From the NCBI GenBank assembly GCA_963704165.1, contig CAVPHD010000001.1:32001-96000 (forward strand): DNA of 64,000 nucleotides, written 5' to 3'. Origin of the DNA: an uncultured delta proteobacterium (GTDB lineage: Bacteria; Myxococcota_A; UBA9160; SZUA-336). The notes beneath the pieces were generated by a model that was not told where the DNA came from, searched no databases, and saw nothing but the letters and a program-made list of their open reading frames with translations. This document shows positions 37,641-46,889 of the stretch, piece by piece. How positions within the stretch are numbered: position 1 is the stretch's first letter; every line of letters starts with the position of its first letter. The position numbers were made by a program, and so were the translations under genes.

Positions 37641-39089
37641 CTAGAAGCTCACGTGCTCGTAGCCGCGGTGACGCGGATTGCTCTCCGCACACGCCCGCGG
37701 TGCGGGGATCTGCTTGCCGGGATTGCAGCGATCATCCGGATCGAACGCATCGTGCACCCAGCGCATCGGCAGGAGATCCACCTCGGAGAACATCAGGCAC
37801 ATGTAGTCGCGCTTCTCCAGCCCGATGCCATGCTCACCCGAGAGCACACCGCCCGCGTCGATGCAGATGCGCAGGATCTTCTCGCCGAGCGCGCGGACCG
37901 TGCGCAGCTGCTCCGGATCGCGCCGGTCGAAGCTGATGTTCGGGTGCAGATTTCCGTCACCGGCGTGCAGGATGTTCGCGATCCGGATGCCGCAGACCTC
38001 GGCCGCGCGGCCGATGGCATCGACGACTTCCGGGAGCTTCGTCCGCGGCACGACGGCGTCGTGAACGTAGAGGTCGGGCGCGAGCCGCCCCATCGCACCG
38101 AACGCGCCCTTGCGACCACGCCAGAGCGCGAGCCGCTCCGCCTCGTCGCGCGCGACGCGGACCTCGACGGCGTTGCCCGCGGCGCAGATCTCGCTGATCC
38201 GCTCGCGTTCGCCAGCGACCGCGATCTCCGGACCGTCGAGCTCCACGAGCAGCACGGCTCGCGCATCCCGCGGGTAACCGGCCGCGTACACCGACGCCTC
38301 GACCGCGTCGATCGTCCGGTCGTCGAGCAGCTCGAGCGCCGACGGCACGATCCCACGCGCGATGATCGCGGAGACCACGGCGCAGGCGTCGCGCAGGCTC
38401 GTGAATCCAGCGAGAAGCGTGGCGACCGTCTCGGGCAGCGGGACGAGCCGGACGGTCGCCGCACAGACGATGCCAAGCGTTCCCTCCGAGCCGACGAAGA
38501 CACCACGCAGGTCATAGCCGTGCGCGTGCCCGTCTCGCCGGCCGAGCCGCACGATGCTGGCGTCCGGCAGCACGACCTCGAGTTCGAGCACGTGCGGGCT
38601 CGTGGTTCCGTACTTCAGCGTGTGCGGGCCGCCGCTGTTCTCGGCAATGTTCCCGCCGATCGTGCACGCGGATTGGCTCGACGGATCCGGGGCGTAGAAC
38701 AGGCCGAGCGGGCGCACCACTTGGGAGAGATGCTCGTTGATCACTCCCGGCTGCACGGTCGCGGTGCGATTGCTGGCGTCGATCGCGAGCAGTCGATCCA
38801 TGCGCGCACATTCGATCACGACGCTGCCGTACACGGGCGTCGCCCCGCCCGAGAGGCCCGTGCCCGCACCGCGGGGCACGTACGGCACGCCCGCCGCATT
38901 GCAGGCGCGGACGATCGCGGACACGGCTTCGCTCGTCGTCGGAAATGCCACGCACAGGGGTGCGCCTCGCTCGAGCGTCAGCCCGTCGGACTCGTACGCG
39001 AAGAGCTCTCCGGGGCGGGTCAGGACCTCGACGACGTCGGGGAGCGCGCGCAGACGCTGCGCGAGTTCACCCGCATCGGCTGGAGCCAC
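37641..39089 (-). CDS. glcD: Glycolate oxidase subunit GlcD
   Basis: PRGAGTGLSGG, YAPDPSSQ.ACTIGGN.AENSGGPH.LKYG, GSEGTLG, HAGDGNLHP, GEHGIG. Confidence 0.93.
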   Translation of the reverse strand: MAPADAGELAQRLRALPDVVEVLTRPGELFAYESDGLTLERGAPLCVAFPTTSEAVSAIVRACNAAGVPYVPRGAGTGLSGGATPVYGSVVIECARMDRLLAIDASNRTATVQPGVINEHLSQVVRPLGLFYAPDPSSQSACTIGGNIAENSGGPHTLKYGTTSPHVLELEVVLPDASIVRLGRRDGHAHGYDLRGVFVGSEGTLGIVCAATVRLVPLPETVATLLAGFTSLRDACAVVSAIIARGIVPSALELLDDRTIDAVEASVYAAGYPRDARAVLLVELDGPEIAVAGERERISEICAAGNAVEVRVARDEAERLALWRGRKGAFGAMGRLAPDLYVHDAVVPRTKLPEVVDAIGRAAEVCGIRIANILHAGDGNLHPNISFDRRDPEQLRTVRALGEKILRICIDAGGVLSGEHGIGLEKRDYMCLMFSEVDLLPMRWVHDAFDPDDRCNPGKQIPAPRACAESNPRHRGYEHVSF

Positions 39090-39097
39090 GGTCCGGC

Positions 39098-40135
39098 TCA
39101 GGCAAGTCCGAGGCGCTCGACCTCTTCCTCGTCCATACCCAGGAAGTGACCGACCTCGTGCTTCACGGTGATCTGGATCTGCTCGATGAGATCCTCGTTG
39201 TCCTTCGCGATCCGCTCGAGATTGCGCTTGAAGAGCAGGATGCGATCGGTGTCGGTGCGTTGGAGGGTACCCAGGGTCGGGCTGGCACCGGCTTCGGTCG
39301 CGGGCACACCCAGGAAGACCCCGAGGACTTGGGGCGAAACGTATTCCCGCCGCACCAGCTCGTCGCCCGGCAGGTCCTCGATGATCACGGGGCAGTTCTC
39401 GATGTACTTGTGGATCGGCTCGGGCAGGCCTTTCAGCGCCTGCTCGGCCGCCGCCTCGAACTCGGCTTCGCCGATCCGGATCGGCAGCGGGTAGAGATCG
39501 GGAGCGAGGTGCGCCGCCCTGGCGAAGAGCTTCTCCGCCTCTTCGAGCCGGCCGCCGTGCTCGGTGACGAGCGCGAGGTGGTAGGTGCTGTGGGCGCACT
39601 CGTGCTCGAGGGCGAGCGCTCGCTCGAGCGAGCGTCGCGCCTCGTCGAACTGCCCGATCTCGAAGAGCACCTGGCCTTCGAAGCCCCGGTAGATGCCCAC
39701 CTCGCCCTGGATCTTGATCGCCCGGCGGAGCAGGAAGAGCGCGCCCTCCAGGTCGTCCAGGTAGAAGAGCGCCTTCGCCTTCAGGTAGTAGACCTCCGCC
39801 TCGACGGGCTTCTCGAGGGAGGTCTGGAGCAGGTCGTCGGCAAGGTCGAGGGCCTCTTCGAACTCCTGGAACTCCTCGATCATGATCTCGATCCGGTTCA
39901 GCTGGCCGGGCTGGTAGTCGGCTTCGGCCTCGAGCGCGCGCTCGAACTCCTGGAGCGCATCCTCATGCCGGCCGCAGTCCCAGAACAGCTCGCCGCGGCT
40001 GTTGTGGGCCTCCGCCCCTTCGGGGTTGGCCTTCAGGGCCTCGTCCAACCAGGCCATCGCCTCATCCGGCTGCCCGTTCGAGGAGGCTTCCATGGCCTGG
40101 TCCAAACAATCCCAATACCGATCTCGATCGAGCAT
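39098..40135 (-). CDS. TPR repeat plus Zincin_1 (minimal zincin) metallopeptidase
   Basis: N-terminal TPRs; C-terminal RILLFKRNL...ITVKHEVGHFLGMDEEEV. Confidence 0.9.
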   Translation of the reverse strand: MLDRDRYWDCLDQAMEASSNGQPDEAMAWLDEALKANPEGAEAHNSRGELFWDCGRHEDALQEFERALEAEADYQPGQLNRIEIMIEEFQEFEEALDLADDLLQTSLEKPVEAEVYYLKAKALFYLDDLEGALFLLRRAIKIQGEVGIYRGFEGQVLFEIGQFDEARRSLERALALEHECAHSTYHLALVTEHGGRLEEAEKLFARAAHLAPDLYPLPIRIGEAEFEAAAEQALKGLPEPIHKYIENCPVIIEDLPGDELVRREYVSPQVLGVFLGVPATEAGASPTLGTLQRTDTDRILLFKRNLERIAKDNEDLIEQIQITVKHEVGHFLGMDEEEVERLGLA

Positions 40136-40284
40136 GTCGTTGCCCCCTGGACCGCGCGCGATTCTAGCAAACCGCGCTCTCGCGCTGCTCGCGAGGCCAC
40201 CGTCGATGAAATCCGGTAACTAATGGATAATAAAAGAGAATTTGCATCCCTGGCGAAGCCGGCCGAGACGCCTCACGCAGATTC

Positions 40285-40992
40285 TCAGCGACTCGCCTCA
40301 CCGGGCACGAGGATGCAGTGGCAGCTTGCGCAGGCGTGGACTTCGCCCGCGACGACTCGATTCATCACTTCGGGTGGCAGCGTGCGGTGACATGCCGAGC
40401 ATCCGCCGTGTTCGATTCGCGCGATTCCGTTCGCACGCGTCTTCAGCACGCGTGAGTACAGCGCCTCGACCCTCGGTCCGAGCCCGACGAGGAGCGCGCC
40501 GCGCTCTTCGACGCGCTGGGTGAGCTGCTTCTCGACCTCGGCGAGCTGCACGCGCAGCTCCTCGATTTCCTTGCTCGACTCGCGATCCGTCTGACTCGCG
40601 ACCGCTTCCGCGTGCTTCAGCTCTTCGGTCGCACCCTCGACCGATTCCATCGCGAGCAGGATCGCGTCCTCGATCTCGGCGATGCGTTGGGTGTGCGTCT
40701 CGATCTCGTGGAGCAGGGTCGTGTACTCCTTGTTCGTCTTCACGACCGCGGACTGCGCTTGGAACTTGCTTCGCCTCGCGCCGAGGTCCTGTGCCTCGGC
40801 CTCGTGCGTGCGGCGATCCTTCTCCGCGGTCTCGAGGCGCGCTCGTACCTGCGCCGCCGAGTCGCGCGCCGCTGCCGCACGCGCCTCCGCGGCGGCGATG
40901 GCCTGCGGCAGACGGGCGCGCTCGCGCTCGAGAGCCAGAATCGCGGACTCGGCTTCGGCGAGCTGCGACAGGCTCGGATTCGAGGCATCCAT
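40285..40992 (-). CDS. Coiled-coil plus C4 zinc-ribbon protein (DUF164 / CT398-like)
   Basis: VKTNKEY..L.HEI, long coiled coil, CSACH...CASCHCIL. Confidence 0.88.
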   Translation of the reverse strand: MDASNPSLSQLAEAESAILALERERARLPQAIAAAEARAAAARDSAAQVRARLETAEKDRRTHEAEAQDLGARRSKFQAQSAVVKTNKEYTTLLHEIETHTQRIAEIEDAILLAMESVEGATEELKHAEAVASQTDRESSKEIEELRVQLAEVEKQLTQRVEERGALLVGLGPRVEALYSRVLKTRANGIARIEHGGCSACHRTLPPEVMNRVVAGEVHACASCHCILVPGEASR

Positions 40993-41054
40993 CGCGGCGA
41001 ACCTCTCATGTCGCCCCGCGCCGGTCAACCGATTCGACTAGACTCGAGACTCGC

Positions 41055-41888
41055 ATGGTCGAGCCTCGCCCGTTCGCGAAGTTCCCGTTCGCCCCGGACC
41101 TGCTCGAGGGGCAGACGGCGCTCGTCACCGGAGGTGGAAGCGGACTCGGGCGCGTGATCGCCGAGGCCCTCGCGCGCGCCGGCGCCAACCTGCTTCTCGC
41201 CGCGCGGCGAGTCGAGCGCTGTGAGATCGCCGCCAAGGAGATCCGCGAAGCGACCGGCCGCCGCGTCGAGGCTGCATTCGTGAACATCCGCGAGCGTGAC
41301 TCGGTCGAGGCGCTCGATGTGCACGCACACGATCTGTTCGGGCGGATCGACATCCTGATCAACAATGCGGGCGGTCAGTTCCCGCAGCCGGCGCGGGAAT
41401 TCAAACCGAAGGGCTGGCAGGCGGTGATCGACACCAATCTGACCGGCACCTGGAACATGATGCAGGTCTTCGGAAACCGGATGCTCGATGGCTCGGGTGG
41501 CGTGATCACGAACGTGATCGCCGTCGTGGGAAGGGGTTTTCCGGGGATCGCACACACCGCAGCTGCACGCGCGGGCGTACTCGAGCTCACGCGGACGCTC
41601 GCCTACGAGTGGGGGCCGAAGCTGCGGCTGAACTGCGTCGCTCCCGGTCCGGTCTCGACCGATGCGTTCCAATCGACCTACGACCCCGACATCGCGCGGG
41701 TCTTCGAAGGCATTCCGCTCGCGCGCCTCGGCACACGGGAGGAGATCGCGAACTCGGTCGTGTTCATCTCCTCGCCGGCGGCGAGCTACGTGACCGGAGA
41801 GGTCTTGTTCGTCGCCGGCGGCCAACAGAGCTACGGCCGCAACCAGGCGCTCTTCGACCACCAGCTCGGCAAGAAGGAAGGGATCTGA
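41055..41888 (+). CDS. SDR oxidoreductase (trans-2-enoyl-CoA / 2,4-dienoyl-CoA reductase-like)
   Basis: TGGGSGLG, INNAGGQF, AHTAAARAGV, NCVAPG, SYVTGE. Confidence 0.9.
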   Translation: MVEPRPFAKFPFAPDLLEGQTALVTGGGSGLGRVIAEALARAGANLLLAARRVERCEIAAKEIREATGRRVEAAFVNIRERDSVEALDVHAHDLFGRIDILINNAGGQFPQPAREFKPKGWQAVIDTNLTGTWNMMQVFGNRMLDGSGGVITNVIAVVGRGFPGIAHTAAARAGVLELTRTLAYEWGPKLRLNCVAPGPVSTDAFQSTYDPDIARVFEGIPLARLGTREEIANSVVFISSPAASYVTGEVLFVAGGQQSYGRNQALFDHQLGKKEGI

Positions 41889-41891
41889 ACG

Positions 41892-42605
41892 ATGCCGGAC
41901 GATCGCTACGCACCGCCGCAGGCCAACCTCCAGCAGGCGTCGGCGCGCGTCGCCGGGACCGGCAGCTTCGATCTCGGCCTCGCGCTGAACGAGGCATGGG
42001 CGACGACCTGGGCGAACTTCGGACTGCTGCTCGGCGTCGGAATCGTCGGCGGGCTTCTGATGCTCGCCTCGGCTTTCACCGTCGTCGGGATCTTCCTGCT
42101 CGTGCCGGTCCTCGCCTGGGGTGGGATTCGCTTCGTTCTGAACGTCGTCGACGGCGAGGCGGAGTTCGCCGACCTGTTCAGTGGCTTTCAGGACTACGGG
42201 CGCTCGCTGCTCTCGATGCTTCTGCTCTTCGTGCTGAGCTCGCTGATCAGCCTGCTCGGTCAGTCACTGAACCTGATCGGCAGCGCCGCGGACCTGCCGC
42301 TGCTCGAAGGGATGGGGACGATCGTGAACCTGGCCTGGACCTTCCTGGTGATGGCGCGGCTCAACTTCGCGTGGTTCTTCGCGGTCGATCAGGGACTCGG
42401 ACCCGTCGAGGCCCTGCAGGCCTCGTGGGACGCGACTTCCGAGCTCAAGGGAAACTGCGCGGCCTTGATCGTCATGTCCGTGGCCGTGATCGGAATCGGC
42501 GTTCTGTGCCTGATCGTCGGGGTGATTCCGGCAGCGATGATCGCGTACTTGCTGCCCGTCTCCGCGTACCGGCAGATGGTGGGCCGCCAAAGCGTCGCTT
42601 CATGA
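41892..42605 (+). CDS. Integral membrane protein
   Basis: YAPPQA N-terminal motif, several TM helices, DLFSGF, EALQASW. Confidence 0.8.
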   Translation: MPDDRYAPPQANLQQASARVAGTGSFDLGLALNEAWATTWANFGLLLGVGIVGGLLMLASAFTVVGIFLLVPVLAWGGIRFVLNVVDGEAEFADLFSGFQDYGRSLLSMLLLFVLSSLISLLGQSLNLIGSAADLPLLEGMGTIVNLAWTFLVMARLNFAWFFAVDQGLGPVEALQASWDATSELKGNCAALIVMSVAVIGIGVLCLIVGVIPAAMIAYLLPVSAYRQMVGRQSVAS

Positions 42606-45600
42606 ACGCGTACTCTTCGGCAAACGCGCGATCGTCGGGGTAGGCGTTCGCGGCCGACTTCGCGACGAAGAGCGCGTGGTCGGTGGCGCCGGTGAGCGCG
42701 GCGCTCCAGGCGATCCAGAACCACATCGGCTTGTAGTCGACCTCTTCGCGCCAGATCGAGACCACGCGCTCGAACCGGTCATCGGACTGGAATCGAGACG
42801 CGGCGGCGATCCAGCTCGCGGCGTTCATCCGAACGCGGCGATCGTTCTCGAGCTTGATGTCGCGGAGCTCACGGCGAAGCGCGACGTCGTCGCCGGTCGC
42901 GAGCGCCTCGATCAGGCGGAGCTCGCGCGCCTCACGGTCGAAGCTCCGGTGGTCGAGCCCGAGCGAGCGCGCTTCCTCGCGCGCCTGCCCGCTCCGTCGC
43001 GTCAGTTGGACGACTCGCGCCATGTCGAGCGTTCGGTGCTGCTCCGAGAAGAGCGACGCGACCTCGCTCGCCCAGAACGTCGGCGAGACACGCGCGAAGG
43101 AAAGGTCTCTCTCGGTCTGCGCGTCGCCCGCGAGGCGGGACGCGTGGTCGATCGATCCGCTTCGCGGAAGAGGCGCGGCTTCGATGCGAGCCAGGATCGC
43201 ATCCGGGCCGAAGCGAGCCTCGTAGAAGCGCGCGATCACCGCATACCGCGTGAGCGGAGCGTCGGATGGATCGAGCTCGCGGAACGCGATCGTCGCGATC
43301 CACTCGGAGATGCCCGACTCGATCGCCGCGCGCTCCGAGCGCGCACTCGACTCCGGGCCCCGCGTTTCGAGAAGCAACGAGATCCCGCTCGCCACGAACC
43401 AGCGAAGCTGACCGCGCACGGGCTCGGTCTGCACGCGCCAGAGGTCGAGTGCGAGCCCCTCGCCCGCGAGCGATGCGTCGAGTCGGGAGATCTCCTTCTC
43501 GATCGCGGGCACGACCTCCTCCGCCATGATCTCCAGCGCGAGCGGCAGATCGGCACGCTCGACCTGCAGCGCATCGACGAGCGCGAGGCGCGGGTCGAGG
43601 AGTGGCTTCCCGACTTGATCCTCGAGCGCCGGGATCTGGTCGCTGCGGAGCTCGCGTGCGAGCGCGCGCCCTTCGTCGATCCGGCCCGCCTTGAAGAGCG
43701 CGATCACCCGATCGATCGACATCGACACGAGCGTTCCGCCCGGAGACACGTGCGCACTCGCATCCGCGAGGGCCTGGGCGGCGAGATCGTACTGGCCGGT
43801 GTAGTGGTACAGGCCGGCGAGCTCGGTGTAATTCGACTCGTTTCGGTCACCGCTCGCGATCAATCGCTTCATCTTCTCGATCGCGCGCTGATACGTCTGG
43901 AAGTGCCAATCGCGCTGCACGTCGATCATGGTCCGCGCGTACTGTGGATCCTCGAAGATCCGCGAGGAAAGGAACCAGCTCGAGCGCGTGTTCTCGCCGG
44001 AGAAGCGCAGCAGCACCTCGAGCTTGGTCAGATCGACGAGCTCCCCGCTGCCGAAGCTCTTGTAAGCGAGCTCGAGGCTGTTCTGCAGCGACGTACCCGG
44101 AAACACGAGAGGTTGGCCGGTCTGCAGCACGTAGGTGAGCCACGTGCCCTCCGCTCGCGGCTCGGACCAGGCGAGGGCCGCGTGCGCTGGCAGTCCGATC
44201 ATGTGCGCGACACGACCCTGGCGCGCGGCGATCTCCTGGTAGAGCTCCGAGAGATCGTCACAGTCGCCACGCAACATGCCGCCGGCCTGCGCCGACAGCG
44301 TCTGCGACGCGGTCTGGTGTATGTCGCCCGAGATCGTCCGAGTACCGATCAGCAGCGGGTTTCGCGGATCCGGGCTGTCGAAGGTGTAGACGAGCAGGTA
44401 TTGACCGATCAGGTCGAGGTGCGCGGCGTCGGGCAGGACTCGCGCGGCCTGGAGGTACCAGGCCTCGGCGTCGGCGCTTCTTCCGCTCTTCGCAGGGTCG
44501 AGCCGGCCGTGTGCGGTGACGAGCGCGAGTACGTCGGAGTTCGGCGCGGTCACGACGATGTGCGGCGGGAGTGCGTCGCGCAGCGCCGCCCATTCGACGC
44601 CGGGACCGGTGGTCGGGAACGCCTGGCGCCAGGTCTCCTCGTCGGACCGCAGGCCGCGCTCGGAATCCCAGGCGGCAATTCGATCCGGCCCGCTCCAGAG
44701 CTCGGCTTCGACCCAACTCGCCGCGTCGCGCAGCGGGTCCGATCCGTGCGGGAGGCGGACGACCAGCCGAGTCACGACTCCGTTGGTGTAATAGGCCGGA
44801 AGCGGCGCGAATACCGCGTAGCCGACACGTTCTCGTGTCGCCAGCGTCCAGACGCGCTTCCCGAACGCGTCCTCGACGAGCTCCATCTTCGCACCCGACC
44901 CCTCGAAGGTCGCGATCGGGAGCATGCGTTCGGATCGGAGGACGGCATCTCGAACCGCGTCGGTCGCGCCGCGCTTCGCCTTCAGAACCGAGAGCCAACC
45001 GGCCCGAACGAGCCGACGTGCGAAGCTCGGCGGTACCAGATCGAGGCTGTACTGCGTGTCGTCCAGCGTGATCTGCATCAGGATCTCTGCCACCGCCATC
45101 CGCGTCTCCGGCGTGGTCGCGGTCTCCGGCAGCGAAGCGATGAGCGCATCGACCGCCCGGGCGAGCTGCTCTCGGCTCGCGGAATGAATCGCGCGCGTCG
45201 CCTGCGTCAGCGGCTCGCGCGGGATCTCGCGCAACACGCCTTCGCGTACCACGTACAGGTCACGACCGACGAGATAGGCGCCGGTGAGCTCTTCTTCGTA
45301 GAGCACCAGAGCCTCGGCACGAAGCCCGGCCGTACGCGCCCGGGCGAGCATCGCCGGCAGATCGACGAGCGGCGCGGTGTTCCAGTTCGCGAGCAGACCC
45401 CAGCTCGCGCGCAGATCGCCGATCTCGGTCGCGAGCGCGAGCCAATCCCCTTCGCGCGCACGCACGATCTCGTACTCGTAACCCGGGGCGGCGCGCCAGA
45501 ACACGTGTGAGTCGCGCACCACGAGGTCCGGGCGGGCGGGAAGGATCGATCCGACCTCGACGCCCTCCACCTCTCGAGGCGCGAGCGCGGGCGGCGGAGC

Positions 45601-45693
45601 GCCAGCTTCCGCGCCGGGATCCGGCGGGAGGGTCTGCGCGGTCGCGCACGCGACCAGGAACACGGCGAGGACGGCGGAAGCGAAGCGACGCAT
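42472..45693 (-). CDS. Large lipoprotein with transglutaminase-like Cys-protease core and TPR region
   Basis: LVAC lipobox; HQTASQTL...GDCDDLSEL...LPAHAA; TPR-like ELAGLYHYTGQYDLA. Confidence 0.75.
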   Translation of the reverse strand: MRRFASAVLAVFLVACATAQTLPPDPGAEAGAPPPALAPREVEGVEVGSILPARPDLVVRDSHVFWRAAPGYEYEIVRAREGDWLALATEIGDLRASWGLLANWNTAPLVDLPAMLARARTAGLRAEALVLYEEELTGAYLVGRDLYVVREGVLREIPREPLTQATRAIHSASREQLARAVDALIASLPETATTPETRMAVAEILMQITLDDTQYSLDLVPPSFARRLVRAGWLSVLKAKRGATDAVRDAVLRSERMLPIATFEGSGAKMELVEDAFGKRVWTLATRERVGYAVFAPLPAYYTNGVVTRLVVRLPHGSDPLRDAASWVEAELWSGPDRIAAWDSERGLRSDEETWRQAFPTTGPGVEWAALRDALPPHIVVTAPNSDVLALVTAHGRLDPAKSGRSADAEAWYLQAARVLPDAAHLDLIGQYLLVYTFDSPDPRNPLLIGTRTISGDIHQTASQTLSAQAGGMLRGDCDDLSELYQEIAARQGRVAHMIGLPAHAALAWSEPRAEGTWLTYVLQTGQPLVFPGTSLQNSLELAYKSFGSGELVDLTKLEVLLRFSGENTRSSWFLSSRIFEDPQYARTMIDVQRDWHFQTYQRAIEKMKRLIASGDRNESNYTELAGLYHYTGQYDLAAQALADASAHVSPGGTLVSMSIDRVIALFKAGRIDEGRALARELRSDQIPALEDQVGKPLLDPRLALVDALQVERADLPLALEIMAEEVVPAIEKEISRLDASLAGEGLALDLWRVQTEPVRGQLRWFVASGISLLLETRGPESSARSERAAIESGISEWIATIAFRELDPSDAPLTRYAVIARFYEARFGPDAILARIEAAPLPRSGSIDHASRLAGDAQTERDLSFARVSPTFWASEVASLFSEQHRTLDMARVVQLTRRSGQAREEARSLGLDHRSFDREARELRLIEALATGDDVALRRELRDIKLENDRRVRMNAASWIAAASRFQSDDRFERVVSIWREEVDYKPMWFWIAWSAALTGATDHALFVAKSAANAYPDDRAFAEEYAFMKRRFGGPPSAGTRRRAASTRSSLPESPRRSGTERRFRSRPRT

Positions 45694-45767
45694 CGGCTGC
45701 CGGTACCTTACCGAGTCCGGCTGAAGTAAGCTCCGCGTCTCCGAACCAAACTCTCACCGAGGGGGAA

Positions 45768-46034
45768 ATGAAAGTTCCGAAGCTCGCGCTCTACCACTTC
45801 GACAGCTGTCCGTACTGCGAGCGCGTTCGCGCGGCCCTGGGCCGCCTCGATCTCCAGATCGAGCTGCGCGACGTCCACAGCGAACCCGAGTGGAGACAGG
45901 AACTCGTGCGCGCGACCGGGAAACAGATGGTGCCCTGCCTGCGCATCGAGCAGGAGGACGGCCGCGCCCGCTGGATGCACGAATCGGCCGACATCATTCG
46001 CTATCTCGAAACGGAGGTGGCGCGTCGGGGCTGA
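45768..46034 (+). CDS. Glutaredoxin / GST-N-like thioredoxin-fold protein
   Basis: CPYC, TGKQMVPCL, ESADIIRYL. Confidence 0.92.
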   Translation: MKVPKLALYHFDSCPYCERVRAALGRLDLQIELRDVHSEPEWRQELVRATGKQMVPCLRIEQEDGRARWMHESADIIRYLETEVARRG

Positions 46035-46053
46035 TCGCCCCGCGCGCACGCTC

Positions 46054-46884
46054 ATGTCGACCACCGATGCGCGCGAACGCTTCATCGACATCTTGCGCCT
46101 GCCCGACGAGAGCGTCGATCTGGCCGAGGCTGCGCTCTGGGTCGCGGCCGAGCAGTACGAAGGACTCGACGTCCCGGGTTACCTCGCGCGACTCGCCGAG
46201 CTCGCCGAGACGGCGCGGCCGCTCGTCGATGCCGCCGAGACGATCGAGCAGCGAATCACGGCGCTGAATCGATTCCTCTACGACGAGCACGGCTTTCGAG
46301 GCAATCGCAGCGACTACTACGACACGCGCAACAGCTTTCTGAACGACGTCATCGATCGCCGCACCGGCATTCCGATCACGCTCGCGATCGTCTATCTCTC
46401 GGTCGCCAGGCGCCTGGGTCTGCCGGTCTCCGGCGTCGGATTCCCCGGCCACTTCCTGCTCCGCTGTCATGCGCAGGACGAGATCGTGATCGACCCGTTC
46501 GAGGGCACCTTTCTCTCGCGGTCCGACTGCGAGGAGCGCTGGCGCGCGACGCTCGGCGCCGACACTCCGTTCGACGTTCGCGCACTCGAACCGGCGCCCG
46601 CGCACGCGACGCTCTCTCGCCTGATCGGAAACCTGAAGCAGATCTTCCTCGCGCAAGAGGACTGGCCGCGCGCACTCGCGTGCATCGAGCGGATTCTCCT
46701 GCTCGAACCCGACGAACCCCTCGAGCTCCGCGACCGCGGCCTTCTCTACGCTCGCCTCGAATGCTTCGAAGCCGCGAAGGCGGATCTTCACCGTTTCCTC
46801 GAGCTCGTGCCGGATGATCCGAGCTCGACCGGCGTTCGCCAACGACTGATCGAGCTCATGCGGAGCTCGCCGGCGCTTCACTGA
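46054..46884 (+). CDS. SirB1/YchA family (transglutaminase-like core plus TPR)
   Basis: GFRGNRSDYYD.RNSFLN.VI.RRTGIPITL, GVGFPGHFL, IDPF, ELRDRGLLY. Confidence 0.92.
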   Translation: MSTTDARERFIDILRLPDESVDLAEAALWVAAEQYEGLDVPGYLARLAELAETARPLVDAAETIEQRITALNRFLYDEHGFRGNRSDYYDTRNSFLNDVIDRRTGIPITLAIVYLSVARRLGLPVSGVGFPGHFLLRCHAQDEIVIDPFEGTFLSRSDCEERWRATLGADTPFDVRALEPAPAHATLSRLIGNLKQIFLAQEDWPRALACIERILLLEPDEPLELRDRGLLYARLECFEAAKADLHRFLELVPDDPSSTGVRQRLIELMRSSPALH

Positions 46885-46889
46885 CGGGA

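Noticed and set aside
40136..40284. Possible RNase P RNA or other ncRNA after the DUF164-like gene
   Set aside because: The gap is too short and lacks the GAGGAAAGTCC and other RNase P conserved segments.
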